A stretch of 63,454 nt of DNA, the filler included, from Phoronis australis (Eukaryota > Animalia > Phoronida), in NCBI GenBank assembly GCA_002633005.1. It is 8 parts of 8 records of this genome, joined end to end, with 100 filler letters (N's around TTAATTAATTAA, not from the genome) between each part and the next. Parts side by side here need not be neighbours in the genome. Positions count along the whole stretch, not along the records: positions 39,687 to 60,244 come from NMRA01000344.1; positions 60,345 to 63,454 come from NMRA01000402.1; 6 more parts are not named here. One strand, 5' to 3'. This document shows positions 50,861 to 63,454 of the stretch, piece after piece (positions within the stretch are counted from its first letter, which is position 1; each line of letters begins with the position of its first letter). The notes beneath the pieces are model-generated. The model did no database searches, had not been told where the DNA came from, and worked only from the letters and a program-made list of their open reading frames with translations. A program made the position numbers and the translations under genes.

Positions 50861-53800
50861 TTGTATATATATAAATAGTGTATTGGGGACGATCAGAAGC
50901 TGAGCACAGTTCAGTGAACCATCTTCAATTCATCTACTCTATAGCGATGTTCACGTATACTATACTCGTAGTCTTTGTCACTGTCTTCCACAGGGGTGTT
51001 CACGGCTTTCTTCACTGTACCTCTGGCAATGACACAATGACATTTATTACTGATGGACGTTCTAGGCTATACATGTGCATTTCAGCAATGGAAAGCAATT
51101 CTGCTTTCTTGAAGTTGCTCAAAATTTCGGGACTTTCAATATGCTACTCTTCCAGCTACAATGAGTCGATCCTTTGTCAATAGACTAGGCTCTGTGATAG
51201 TCTAGGAAAGAGTAATATGGAATGGTTTTGGTTTGTTAAGAAACATTCTCTCTATGGGCTGGAGTCTTCTGATGCCCGAATGCTGTAAGCAGTTGCTTGC
51301 AGTGCTGGTTGTTGGCAACCATCATGAACCTCTTGCACACTTCCTTGAGCACTGACTCCGTTTCATGTTGAAATTCAGTGGGCACGGATAGGCCGTATAA
51401 TGCAACAATTTCGTAAAATGCAACAACTGTTATATTTTACGTCATTGTTATATCTTGCGCTGCTAGACCTCTCCTAAAATGTAACAAGTTGTTACATTTA
51501 ACGCAACTGTTACATTTTGCGTGGAATGTGCGGTAGTTTCTGGGACCTACATTTTAAAAGTCATATGATCCGTTTTAAAAACACCGTGAATCTGAGTAAA
51601 AAATATTGAAACATACTCTCTGATACTTAATTGGAACGTTTCGTAAGTATGAGGTAATCTACTGTCTGTACATATTTCTTTTGTTTTTCATTTTCTTAAA
51701 ATCCGTGCGATAAAAACAAACGAATGTTACCAATAATACTGTGTTGTTTGACCTTTTGCAGCTCGAGACAAATAGTCAGCTGTTGAAGGCACTTCTTTGA
51801 AGAAGAGAGATTCGCCTTAGCAAGATAATGCATTCGTTTCTTGAACATTTTGATGACGATATTTCTCCCTGTATGAGCTGAATTATATGAAACTATTGCC
51901 GGGGGCAATTACGTACTGAATTTGATATTGATCATTGTACTGAGTCGAGTAAACTCTGCAATGTAGCCATTGGTCTATCAATGTTGTGACTGAAACTGAG
52001 AGTAATGTTATTGTGGTTGGATGGACTCTGTTTGTCACTCGTTGGTCGTGGGTTGGATTTCTACTTGCTGGCAATTTTCAGACTTTGGACTTGAATTTAA
52101 ATCAATTTAATGCACGTTATTCAGTCGAGAAATCTGGTTCTCAAATTGCAGGACCCCTACCGTGATCATATCATTATTACAGGACAATATACTATAAATG
52201 AGACCTCCTCATGTGCAAAAGGGTATAGCAAGGCATATCAGTAGGATCATTAGTAAAAGTTATCAGGTTACATCTCAGGTGACTGGGTACTTTGGCTTCG
52301 TATTATATGTGGTATGGTCTCGATTGGGTAAATAAAGGGCTGAGGACAGGGGGAGGTTGATATACCCCTTCTCGGAATTTGCATAAGCGACTAGGCCCTT
52401 CCATACTCCTTTTATAAAGAACACAATCCATCAGTTTACAGGGCAGAGGGCCTAAAGAGTGCTTCGAATAACATCTATCCTCCTTGAATGTCGGCTACTC
52501 TCAGATTTCTAACATCAGACTTGAAGTTCGCCAAGTAATTTTGCAAGGGTGTACAGCAAAGAATGTTAAGGCCCAAATTCCCGTTTCACCTAGGCTGTCT
52601 TAGAACGCCTTGTTTCAACATCGCTGTCTTGGCTACCTATAACAGTAAGAGTTAGAATGTGAAAGGCGTGAATGCAAAATTGTATTTCTGCTCAGGACTG
52701 ACGAAAGAACAAACAAGTAAACGAATAAGCATACATTCAAACACTCTCTTCCAAACGCCTCATATATCCCCTTATTCTATTTTGAAGATGGTAGATGCTG
52801 TCTTTGTCTATTAAGAAAGCTATCTCACTTCACAAACCTAAAGATTTACGATTAAGTGTTTCTGATTACCCCATCGGTAGGTACGTAAATCCCAAGAGAC
52901 CATGAATTCAAGCTTGAGCTTATCAGTCAACCTCTTTGCAACTGTCTGAGACTATACATTTCATACCAGGTATCGTTCATCGTATGAAATTGAACACAGA
53001 TTGGTGCTAAGAATTCTTACGCGATCAAACCCGAATGATTCGTTTGCAAATTGTTACTGGAGGCAAACGTCGAAAATTTTAGTTTTGGTTTATTCTTGTT
53101 AGGTTTTTCTTTATCAAAATAGGCTCAATGCCAGTTTATCAGTGTTGCATACATTGTGTATGGTTGCCACGTTTATACAGTTAGTTTCAAGTCTCGATGC
53201 TACGAGACCCCTTGTTCATGTAGGCTCACTGGCAAGTAACTTCCTTGATACCGACATCGTTATTTTGCTGTGCACGGCAAAATAGCGATGTCATGCGGTT
53301 GAGTTCCGTAGACGCAAGAATCTTATGACAAAAGGTAATATAAATACGTGCTTCGCTTGCAATACATGGCGATGTATCGCGAAGTATGGCGTTTGGTGAG
53401 GTTCGAGCGTATAAGGAACTCACGGTACGTTTCTTACATAAATCCTTATTGCCTGTGATACCTGTGTTGATTTCTCCGAATTCATTATTTCGGAAACATT
53501 ATTTATGCCATGAATGTTTGAATGAGTTGTGATTAATTCGACTTCTATCTGATCAATGAATGATATCATAATAAAATGAACTTTTGTATTGAATAATTGA
53601 ATAACACCGAGCTCTTCATTTATTTTACAAAAGTGAGTTTCTTATTTTAAATGCCTCCAACACTGGTTGAACATCACGTTTTACTTAAGCGAGTCGCTAT
53701 ACATAATAGATTCGACCTTTACTAAAACAAAGCATCGTCAAAAACTATACCTGTTAGAATTTCCATTCCGAACTCCAAAAAACATTCAGTCTTTGATCAA

Positions 53801-53900
53801 CGTAAATATGACCATTATTGATAACAATTCTGTCAGGAGATTCAACAACCATTGAAACACATCACAAATATATAATGTATAGAAGTAAATGTTCGCCTAC

Positions 53901-54140
53901 CTCTGCCACGGCTGGAACTGTAGGGGTTCCAGGTTTTGTCTTGACGTGGTCTGGGTATACATTGAGGGATACTTCCTCGTTCTTCCGCAAAGTTAGTAAC
54001 ACTGTTATGACTTCGATGTATACATAGAGTGGGGAATTATAACATTAGCAACAACAGCATCAGCTACAATAATAGATAACAATATTGACGAATTTGTGTC
54101 CCTATCCGCGAAATCAAAGCAATTCCGATGACTTCACAAG
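53901..54140 (-). pseudogene. Decayed TM + cytoplasmic exon of a probable mucin paralogue
   Basis: ctgcag acceptor and G|gtaggc donor; with frameshifts reads RNCFDF...SSILLSIIVADAVVANVII/PTLCIHRS...IPRPR. Confidence 0.4.
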
Positions 54141-54677
54141 CTGCAGTACACAAGGAAGAATTACAACAATATAAATTAAGAGTCGAGGTCAGAGATAACC
54201 GTGCAACATGGAACTTTTCACAAAGATTGGAGTCAATAAAACAAATTTTTAAGAACTTAATTCATCATGACCACTCCTTAGAACAGGGGCTACGCACGAC
54301 AAAATTTTCATCGGACATGTATTTGTTACCGAAATACAGAGGGGGTTGGAAATATGTGACCATTTTCAACGGAAACTCCCATTGCGGTTCAGTCAAAAAG
54401 GCCAAATTATTTCATGCCAACGTAACAAACACACAAAAAATAGATTTTTATAAACACGTGCTGGTGCAATTACCACTGAGCTACTGAGGACCTGATATCT
54501 GTTCAATTACACTTTCCAGCCAACTGCTACGTCATCCATCATATGAGGGGCTTCCAGCTTTTTTGACACGAAATTTTGACATTTACCTGTATATAATTTC
54601 CGTCAATGTAGGAACAGTAATTATAGACGGTGATAATGGCCAATAGTGAAAAATATCACATAAACATTGAGATATCA

Positions 54678-54757
54678 GGAACCCCAACCGGGAATCGAAA
54701 CACAAGTCTCCAACTTGCCGGTCGAGTGGTCTTAACACTGAGATATTGAGGACCCAG
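54678..54757 (-). mobile_element. Degenerate tRNA-derived SINE head
   Basis: Minus strand tatctcagtgttaag (A-box-like) and tttcgattcccgg (B-box-like) at tRNA spacing; no intact cloverleaf. Confidence 0.4.
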
Positions 54758-57700
54758 CATGTGTGCAATTTCTGTTTGTATTAAGGTTTAGGTAGTCTAA
54801 CTAACTGGACATTTATGATATTCTAATTTAGCACTAGGAACCGAATTTATAGGTGTGGGGGGAAGAGGGGCAATAGGCCCTGCCCCGATCTCTAGGTCTC
54901 CAGTTATTTGGAAGAACAAACAACAACAAAATATCCAGCTAAATGTTACTTACCCTAAAATTTCCTCTCTCACGTTTATTGACTCCATTGTTACGTAACG
55001 CAGTATAACAGCGGAACTGTAATGACTTGCAAAACTCTACTTGTCTATATATTTATACATCTTACATGGATTTATGTTTGTAATTGTTTTGCTAAGTTGT
55101 TTCTTTGCTGCCCAATCGCAGTTCTTGCATTATGTGCTCACCCTAATATCCCACATATCTAATTCTATAAGGAAAACCTACATTCAACAAAGATATTATA
55201 ACTAGTTTTCTAGTTGTAATGCATTACTCCTTGTAGATCTTAAATGAAGGCACCACTTTATGCTAATTGCCAATTGTCATTTAGTTAAACTGTTCGTGAC
55301 ATATATTTCACACAGAGTACTGTATAGTTCAGTCACATATTTGATACGTGCACATCCCCAGCCCTAGCATCTGAAGTAGACCAGCAACAATACAAAAGTC
55401 TCTACTATCACGGAAGGTCAAACAGGTTCAAACAGGTGTCTTGCTCCGCCCCATCTGCTTATCACCAAGGTCAAAATGTTGGTCTAAAAGACAATTCAGA
55501 GAATTGTAGATAACGGGGATTGTTCTTAATCTGTAGGCCTAACTGACAACTTGACGGGCAAGCACCCGGGCGTCCTGTTCCACAATACAAAAATCTAAAC
55601 GGTGTCGATGGTCAGAGTGAAGTCAAGAACACGAAACGAACAATTTCTCAAGAAATATCTAATTGAAAGAGTACCATGATTCAGGTTAACAACCGCGATT
55701 TTGATGTTATACGCCACGAAGTGTTTCTCAAATTCTACCCACTTTCGCCAGTGTCTTGCTGCGATACGAGTTCCTACCAACTGCTCACATGTCGGTGCTC
55801 AGAAAATCAACGAGGAAATAGATGAAAACAACGTCGACGAAAAAAATTTATCATTAAAACAAAGATACTATATCCCAACTTAGGTAACTATAAAATCTTT
55901 GATGAAGATACGTGGCATGATAATGCATCACACATTTTCCATGATAACATGATTTGTACTGAATTATCTAAGTGTCTGGAAGTCCTGATACATTAATTTA
56001 GCGTTATCTTTTTCAGGAAACTACATCGTTTTTAGTTCGTTGGACTCCTTTATGGATCGCTGTGTTTTATCTTATTATCACTCTAATGTTTACTATTAGA
56101 GTAACAAGATATGACAGTTGTGTAAGTCACAATAAGGCAATTGATTTACAAAATCTGACTTAAGGTCGTTGTTTATTTAGAAATATTTCCTACTATGGAT
56201 TAGTTATAATATTCCATATCATTGCGTATAACACAATACTTCTAGCCACAATGACGTGATATACCTTTTTTATTGTTTTCCAAATAATGGGTTGCAGTGG
56301 TCCCACCTTCCAAAAAGTTTGGGATTCCTGTCAATTACCGTGAGCACAGGCCAAAATCACTAAACAAGCCGAGAACGACATACAAAGTACATTGATAAAA
56401 GGAGGCAAATCACCTGGTACATCTTACTTTTATCAATAGAAAATAAAACAAGTGACCAAAAGTGGATGATTGCAGTATGGGTTTATTTCTAACACAATTT
56501 GCCTTCAAGGTGACGAACCCAGAAATTCAAAATACTCCCTGTTTAGCTTAACTGCGACACATGACGCACAAGCCCAACTTCAAGCGGCCCTGTGCATGCC
56601 TTTTGGCTATTTCAATTTTACTTTGAGACACTCAAACTTCGTGTCTAAATGAGCAGGGAAGGGCTAGCAGCCACATTCATAGGCGAGGACAGTACGACAT
56701 TATGAAATGTAGTCTTTTGAACGAGTTCTGCTGACAACCAAAATATCTGATGCCACAGTAGGGACGCAGTATGCAATTCACTTACATGTGACATATTCAG
56801 AAAATTCAAGCAAAATGGATGTTTTATTTTTTCAATATCATTTGCATTGAACGATAACGTATTGTTTGTTTCCATGGTCTTTTGTGATTGTTCGCCTTAT
56901 TTATTGTTTCAAAACTACAATACTCACGTAATTCCATTTCCATCGCTACCACAGCACGATTTGTTTGAGACGACTTCGATGACGTCAGTTACATGACAGC
57001 TTTTTCTTCCATTTTGATTGCCGACAATTTCTGCAATTTTACATTATTTAGCCTGTCGGCAAATTCAAACAAAAATATTCCCAAGGCCGAGGGATCCTTG
57101 TTTCAAATATTTGATTTATCCCACGAAAAGATAATGTAGGTTTTTTAAATGAAGAGTCTGTGCACTGTTTTAAAAAGTCCTGTTATGACACTACAAATAA
57201 AAATCTTGGACACCGTTCCGTGACGTAACTCAAGCGCGAAGTCGTCTGTAATTTAAAACAATTTAAAATGACTATTTGAAAAGTTCAACTGACATGTTTT
57301 CACAAAACAACGTCGAGCTGCTTGCCATTTTGACGTGGCTCCTATCGTTAACTTGTGAGGCTTCGAAAAATTAAATTTGATACATTCAAAGTTATTGCAT
57401 TACACGTGACTGGAAAGAGTAATTCCGTTTATAGTACCAAAGACGGTAGAGAGGGAGACAAATCTCCTAGCGAAATCACATTGCACGTTCACTGGCTGAC
57501 ATTGTTGTTTCATAGATGGTAGAGAGGTCTAGCAGGCGTGTGCGCAATAAAAATTGGCAAGACATGACGGCTCCTGTCGGTAAAAAAGCAAAGGTGCTTC
57601 TTGCACTGCGAACGACTGAAGCAACATTTACTTGAAAATTTATGACTTTTTGCTTTCCACTGATTTATTAATGTAACGTTCATGATAGAAACAAATGGTG

Positions 57701-58859
57701 ATTTTGCGTGAAACTGTTGCCAATCAACCAATGATGAGCTGGGTTCTTTATTGTTCCCTGCATTTGATCGCTTATACATAAAATTATCGTAAATGGTTTG
57801 AATGATTATGGGAATTGTTACTTATTTAAATTATTTCTTGTGATCAAATACAGTTAACATCCTGGCTGTCGTTAATCAACAATCTGCATTAAGGACTCAG
57901 TTTTTAGTTAGCCTGCCTCCCTGTTTTTGCTGCTACCTCTTTGTCAGCCAATCTATCTACTGTTTATTACAACCCTGACCCACCTTGGACAAAATCCTAC
58001 AGGTTCTGTACCTACCCACCCTCCAATCACCTACTTACAAATGCTCACCTCTGATTACTGAGTCACCCTCTTGCTTATGATGTATTTCTCGTAACATATA
58101 TTACCTTTGCTGCCCTATTTATTATTTTTTGATTTACTTTGATATTTTGCCTTTGTGTATTTTTCCAATACACTTCTCATATTTCTTGTTCTCAATATTT
58201 TTAACAAAGATACTTCGCAATTTTAAATTTGACAAACTAAAATTAACCATGGTAGTCGACCTTAGGTCTTTGATATTAATCACATTGGATGTCACGAAAA
58301 GTGAGCCAGCTGAATTACACATAGAATCAATGTTTTAACCACGGTTGGTGTAGCTCTGGCCTCTGGTCACTTGCTATATGTACTTAGCAGCAACATTTTG
58401 TGACCAGTTCTGCCTGAACAATAACATACATCGCATTTTTTTGAAATGTTTAAGATTTGTTTACTTCCAATGTTTTATCCTTCCTCCATACGTTTATTTT
58501 TATGAAAGGCCTTCGTTCCAAAGTTTTATGTAGATTCCTTGTTAGGAGAAATTTTATGAAACAGCCGATATACGTTTTTGGTTAAGAGTTTGGTAAAGAA
58601 TAGCTGTGACCTACCTTTATATCGTTATCAGTATAGGTAAACAATATCTTAATATATAAGATTACACCCGTTTCCTCAGGAGTAGACCTCTTTGGACCCG
58701 ACTCAGACTTGATTACAGACCAGGAAATACACAGTGTTGCGTTCGAAACAAACTGGGCATACAACAGGTAACATTCATAGTAGCCTGACTTGACCAGCAT
58801 TAGTAATTCAGTATCAATGACTGTCTTTAAAATACATCGCAATACAATTTGCACCCACA

Positions 58860-58941
58860 CGTTCACTGCATGTTGATGGAGTGGCTTACGTGTATTGGCA
58901 GAACTATTTATTTGGCGCATAATCTGGCCAGCTCACAGAGC
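58860..58941 (-). pseudogene. Decayed Cys-rich/EGF exon of a mucin paralogue
   Basis: After aaacag, with one extra base removed, reads CELARLCPNK*FCQYT*ATPSTC. This has the same C-x5-CP-x4-C-x9-C spacing as the intact exon at 44323. Confidence 0.55.
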
Positions 58942-59134
58942 CTGTTTGCAAGGAACGGATCTATACCAACGTATAGAAGGAAGTGGTGTAAAGGAAGAAT
59001 CTTTACTTTGTAATTAAAAATAACACTAATGGTAGAAACTACGTACTACAGAGTTTGCGGTGACCATTCAAGCAAACTTAACTTTTACTTTTTGAAAACA
59101 TTTCTGTAGCCATATATTCATTCATTAACTTAAA

Positions 59135-59395
59135 ATGTTGCTACTACTTGTACTAGTGATATTCTTAGTAATACTACTAGTACTACTACTGCTGCTGGTA
59201 CAACTATTAGAACTACTACTACTGCTAGCACTACTCCTAGTTCTACTAGTGAAAACTAGTACAACTACTGGTACTGATACTAGTACTACCACTAGTAATA
59301 CTACTAGGTCGTGCCTCTATTTATATTTTGTTCTAATACTGTTGCTAATACTAAAAGGACATCTTCCACTGTTACTGTTACTGCTATTATTACAA
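59135..59395. repeat. Degenerate (ACT)n microsatellite
   Basis: Source of the poly-Leu/Thr ORF. Confidence 0.85.
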
Positions 59396-59459
59396 TAGAC
59401 TACTCTATTGTCACTCAAGTCTAAGTCCATTAAGATGATTGTCTTTTCGAAAACCTTAC

Positions 59460-59590
59460 TCTTGGTCTCTATCGCCTCTCTGTCGAACGCGATGTTGTTG
59501 TATTCTTTGTCCATGGTATGCGATGTTCCGTTGACTGTCAAGCTATCTATTGTTGACACCTTTTCTAGTTCATTCAAGACGCCCGAGCAG
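59460..59590 (-). pseudogene. SEA C-terminus-like exon remnant of the mucin paralogue
   Basis: VLNELEKVSTIDSLTVNGTSHTMDKEYNN...ETK then A|gtaagg (phase 1, like the intact SEA exon); in-frame stop upstream. Confidence 0.45.
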
Positions 59591-60625
59591 TTGCAAAATC
59601 AGCGGTATACAAAATAAACTGAATAAGTGTGGGAATTTTCTTCATATGCACTTGGACCTTCATCGGCTGATTATTTCTAACAAACTGGCCCTTCTCAACC
59701 ATAAGCAAATGCTATCTACCATTAAAACTAATTGAAAGATCACGATGCAAAGCTGTGTTGCTCAAGCTTGAATGATTGTTAAACAAGTGACTTTTGTTTA
59801 CTTATTGGCACTTGAACGATATTTGACGAAAATGATTTTCTACTACGGAACGGAAAGGTTTAGACATATTTTGATACCTCGAGAACCTTGTCGAGCAATC
59901 ACAGTTTTATTAATAAGAAAGTTTAAAAATTAAATTCTCTTTCAACTATCTGCAGATTCAAAACTCTCGTTCTCGGACCAATGGGTTGTTTGGTTCTGTA
60001 ATAAAATGACGTTCGTAATTTATGAGAAATTTCACGATTATTCTTACGGTAAAAAAGAAGGGAAAGTTCAACAGAACACCCACAGTCCACCTGTGAGTAT
60101 CGTTTTATGAAACTGTTACATTTGCTTATGTTTATTTACTTTAATTCACGTTTTATCAACTATCCATAGGCGTTGTCTTCGTAACGTCTTGTATGAAGTG
60201 CGTAACTCGCATAATTCGTGCTCGGAGATAACAGTCGCTGGGAGNNNNNNNNNNNNNNNNNNNNNNNNNNNNNNNNNNNNNNNNNNNNTTAATTAATTAA
60301 NNNNNNNNNNNNNNNNNNNNNNNNNNNNNNNNNNNNNNNNNNNNTGTCACGTGGTGTATATCTTGCCGGTAGGCGGTTGAAATAACACAATTTGATTTGG
60401 ATGTAATAATGAGTATATTGACTAAATGTTTGAATTTCCCTAAATGAATAATCATAAAGATTAATAAAGAAGCCTAATTTAATCAGTCTGTGATCACGTT
60501 TCCCATTCCTGGCGTCGGCCTTTGATCCAGTGTTATACTTGTTATGAGGAGTTTCCTCTTCTCTTGATCATTCGATCCAGTCTTCCAAGCAGTCTTCACT
60601 TGATGAAATGCTTCGGAATAACTAT

Positions 60626-60765
60626 GAAGTTCAGTCCATCGAACAACATATATGTTAACATGAATTCAGTCCATCGAATTCTAGATACAATGTACCCTCT
60701 TTGAAATTCAGTCCATCGAATTTCTGCTACACGTATCGGATTGAAATTCAGTCCATCGAATTTCT
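60626..60765. repeat. Four TTCAGTCCATCGAA hairpin repeats separated by dissimilar spacers
   Basis: Cores at 60630, 60665, 60707 and 60747. Confidence 0.85.
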
Positions 60766-61681
60766 ACAGCTTGTGATATTTCTCAGCAAACCAGTAGCAT
60801 CTCTTCAGGAATATCTGCGATATCTCTCTAGCAAGCTGGTTGCCTCTCTCCAAGAAATATCTAATACCTCTATACCAATCTGGTTGCCTCTCGTTGGAAA
60901 TATGTCTCCTTGAAAAGCTAACGGTGTACTTATACTCAAACAGAATAAAGGTGGGCGGGTTAGATCAAAACATAAAACCCACCAACTTCCTCCAAATGTA
61001 CTCATAGTCCCAAAACAACTTCCCAGAACAACATCAAAAGATTCCACATATGAACCTAAGCTTTCGCCAAATATGGTCACGGACAGACAAATCTTTAAGT
61101 AATTTCTGCTGACTAATAAAAAGACTATTGTTGTTGTCAGAACTGGCTAACCCCACAGTTGACCAATTCCGGTGAATTTAAAGTTACATAATTCTGCTAG
61201 CAGAGCATAAACACATGGTTAGAGACAAACATGCTGATTCATTTCCTATGCACTCACAGGAGGCAATAAATTTCAGTAAACAACTAATACCCTTAATTAA
61301 TTACACAACAACCACTATATACTTAATTAATACTCATATTTCTCATGTAATATTGTTCTCATGTACATAGTCAACCCAAGTTCTAATGTGTTTGTATCGT
61401 GCTTTAATGATAAATAAATGACATGTTCATCCCACATAAAATCTCCCCGTAACAAGGCATCACCTCAAGTTCATTTAGAATCAACTAACACAACACAAAC
61501 TTATCATTTATAACCTCACTGTACTCATTCTGTCATGATATTCAATACCACACCAGCACTGAATGACATGTTAACCACATGATACCCAATAACAATTAAG
61601 TAACAAGTTAACTTCAACCACACATCAAGTTAACCATAAGTTACCCCTTCTCATCCAACATGCCCTAAATGAATGACATTG

Positions 61682-61690
61682 CAAGGATAT
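61682..61690 (-). promoter_or_regulatory. U12-type (AT-AC) 5' splice site ATATCCTTG
   Basis: Exact minor-spliceosome donor consensus where myosin similarity ends; no GT donor fits there. Confidence 0.85.
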
Positions 61691-61857
61691 CTAAGAAGAC
61701 TAAGCACGCTTCCTGGCACAGTTCTTCTTTCCCAATAAGCTTCTTCAGAAGTGGCTGTTTAATGGGCTCCTTTGAATAACGCCACAGCTCATCCTGGCGC
61801 CCTCTCTTGGCTCTTGACATAGACAGCGCCTTGCTGAGTGTTCTCTTTGGAGGTAGT
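61691..61857 (-). CDS. MYO7A: Myosin VIIa exon, start of the second MyTH4 region
   Basis: [56 protein letters not shown] matches recalled MYO7A (RPPPKHTLSR...[31 protein letters not shown]); caacag acceptor; ATATCCTT donor. Confidence 0.9.
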
Positions 61858-61971
61858 CTGTTGAATACAATGTTAACAGTTTTGTCAGTTTCTGTCAAGC
61901 ACTGGTTGGGTGCACCATATTGTTGAAGTACTTCCTATTAACTTTAGTAAGTAACCACAAACACAAGCTAC

Positions 61972-62126
61972 GATTTCCTGCTACTGTGTTTGGATAAATA
62001 AAGATTTCCTGCTACTGTGTTTGGATAAATAAAGATTTCCTGCTACTGTGTTTGGATAAATAAAGATTTCCTGCTACTGTGTTTGGATAAATAAAGATTT
62101 CCTGCTACTGTGTTTGGATAAATAAA
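61972..62126. repeat. 31-bp minisatellite x5, intronic
   Basis: gatttcctgctactgtgtttggataaataaa, five identical units. Confidence 0.97.
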
Positions 62127-62515
62127 ACGTTCAAATTATCAAAAGTTTACAAACACGTAAGTGGCATTAACTTTGTTTTCTGTCAAAAAAGTTTGAATTT
62201 AGGACAGTTCACTTACTGTTACGACTTAGGTCTCAAATTGTTCCTTAGTCAAAATAGGTAATTTCTGTGATTGGAAGGAACTGACAGTGTGATATTGTGT
62301 GACTTGAAATTTCAAAAAAATTGGTCTGAAGAAATAACATTTCCTTCAAAGCATAGACATCCCTTCTAAACAGAGTATGAAACAAGACAAATCTAATTTT
62401 ATAACGGTAAATGTCGCTTCAACAGAAACACTGTGAAGTCATTGACACATCAGTATCTAAATGGATCCTGTTATATACTGAAGTGATGTTAAGTGTACCA
62501 CCAAAGGCCTGCTAC

Positions 62516-62643
62516 CTGAAGTGATCCATCGAGTACTCCTGCAGTGTGTACTGGGTGACCAGGGGCTCCTCGGGGGTCACCGCCGACAGCGTGGTGGCAG
62601 CTATCTTCTCTACCTGCTCTCCAGTCTGCTGTGCAAATAGAGT
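62516..62643 (-). CDS. MYO7A: Myosin VIIa exon (TLFAQQTGEQVEK...QYTLQEYSMDHFR)
   Basis: ttttcag/gtagca; YTLQEYSMDHFR matches YTLEEFSYDYFR; phase 2 joins the next exon in frame. Confidence 0.88.
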
Positions 62644-63454
62644 CTGAAAACACCACCAAGAGACATGCTCACAAGCAGTACTGCTGTGGACACAGCATAC
62701 TGGGAATAAACAAAGGGGAATGGAATACTGGAATGCAGTCTGTTCGACAGTTCACAATTCACTTGCTGGTGTCACCTTATTGCTTGAATTCATCGTTTTT
62801 CACCAATAAATCATCAAAATTCGATGTAAAACCCTTGCAAACACATCCAGTTCTTGAACAAACGTGTTATTTTATTTCGCTGTTACGGACTTACAGGTAA
62901 TAGAATGTACCGTAGCCTACAAAGTTCAGTAGGCCAATTTAGCACGGTCGGTCGCGGGAGTCTGTTCAGTGGTAAATTCGAATTATTCTTCCATGAAATA
63001 TAGACAGGAGAACATTGCTGTGTTTTGTAATTTTAGACTAGCGATTTTTTCACTTCTACACACACAAAACGCTTGTTATCCCGGCCAATGGTTCAGACCC
63101 CAATCAGGCCCGTTGTGGCCGTACTGAAGACATCAAGAACATAAACCGGCCAAAGTTGGAAAGTAAACTTCCAGTCCCGAAAAGACTATACACATAGTGT
63201 ACCTAATTATCGGATGGAACCTAAATATCGGACATTTCAAAAAATCTTACTTGAAGCATAATCTGAGAATTAAATGACACCAATTTTTTATCCGTTGTAA
63301 TACATTCAATGTCCGGCACTGTCTCGTTTTTTACAGCGTTACCTCGTTTTGATTTCACCAAGAGAGGGTGCAATTTAGACCCCCTAGTCGGCCTAAAATG
63401 GACGAGCGCATAAATTGGTTATAAAAGTTGAAAATAAAATCTTTTTCCACAATG

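Noticed and set aside
59135-59398. Poly-Leu signal-peptide-like ORF
   Set aside because: Degenerate (ACT)n microsatellite.
60626-60765. CRISPR array
   Set aside because: Eukaryotic context, only four short variable repeats, short spacers and no cas genes. Kept only as a hairpin array.
10726-61690. Functional link between the PDCD7-like exon and the U12 intron
   Set aside because: The gene identity is tentative, seven linkers intervene, and minor-spliceosome factors act in trans.

Overview
AT-rich, intron-rich animal (probably marine invertebrate) genomic DNA, assembled from contigs joined by artificial 44N-TTAATTAATTAA-44N linkers, so adjacency across linkers is uncertain. Genes: (1) IMP4 (U3 snoRNP protein), six coding exons at 1169-6089 (+), with a probable GC-AG intron and the ATG exon apparently upstream of the window; (2) a Pro-rich first coding exon at 10726-11670 (+), possibly PDCD7/U11-59K-like; (3) an isolated phase 1-1 Ig-domain exon at 20957-21280; (4) the 3' part of a PTS-SEA-EGF-TM mucin at 39687-48003 (+), whose cytoplasmic tail resembles vertebrate MUC3/MUC12/MUC17; (5) decayed exons of a convergent mucin paralogue at about 50.9-59.6 kb (-); (6) two myosin VIIa exons at 61691-62643 (-), followed by a U12-type ATATCCTT donor. 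Other content: a tRNA-Ser copy with encoded CCA between 28-bp direct repeats (likely retroposed), a HERO-type non-LTR element invaded by a Gypsy LTR element and a Kolobok-like element, Sola3-like and CR1 remnants, tandem Helentron-like elements, CAG-ended MITEs with 5-, 6- and 9-bp TSDs, several minisatellites and a small array of hairpins with an invariant loop. No CRISPR or prokaryotic system is supported. All family assignments are from recall, not from database searches.
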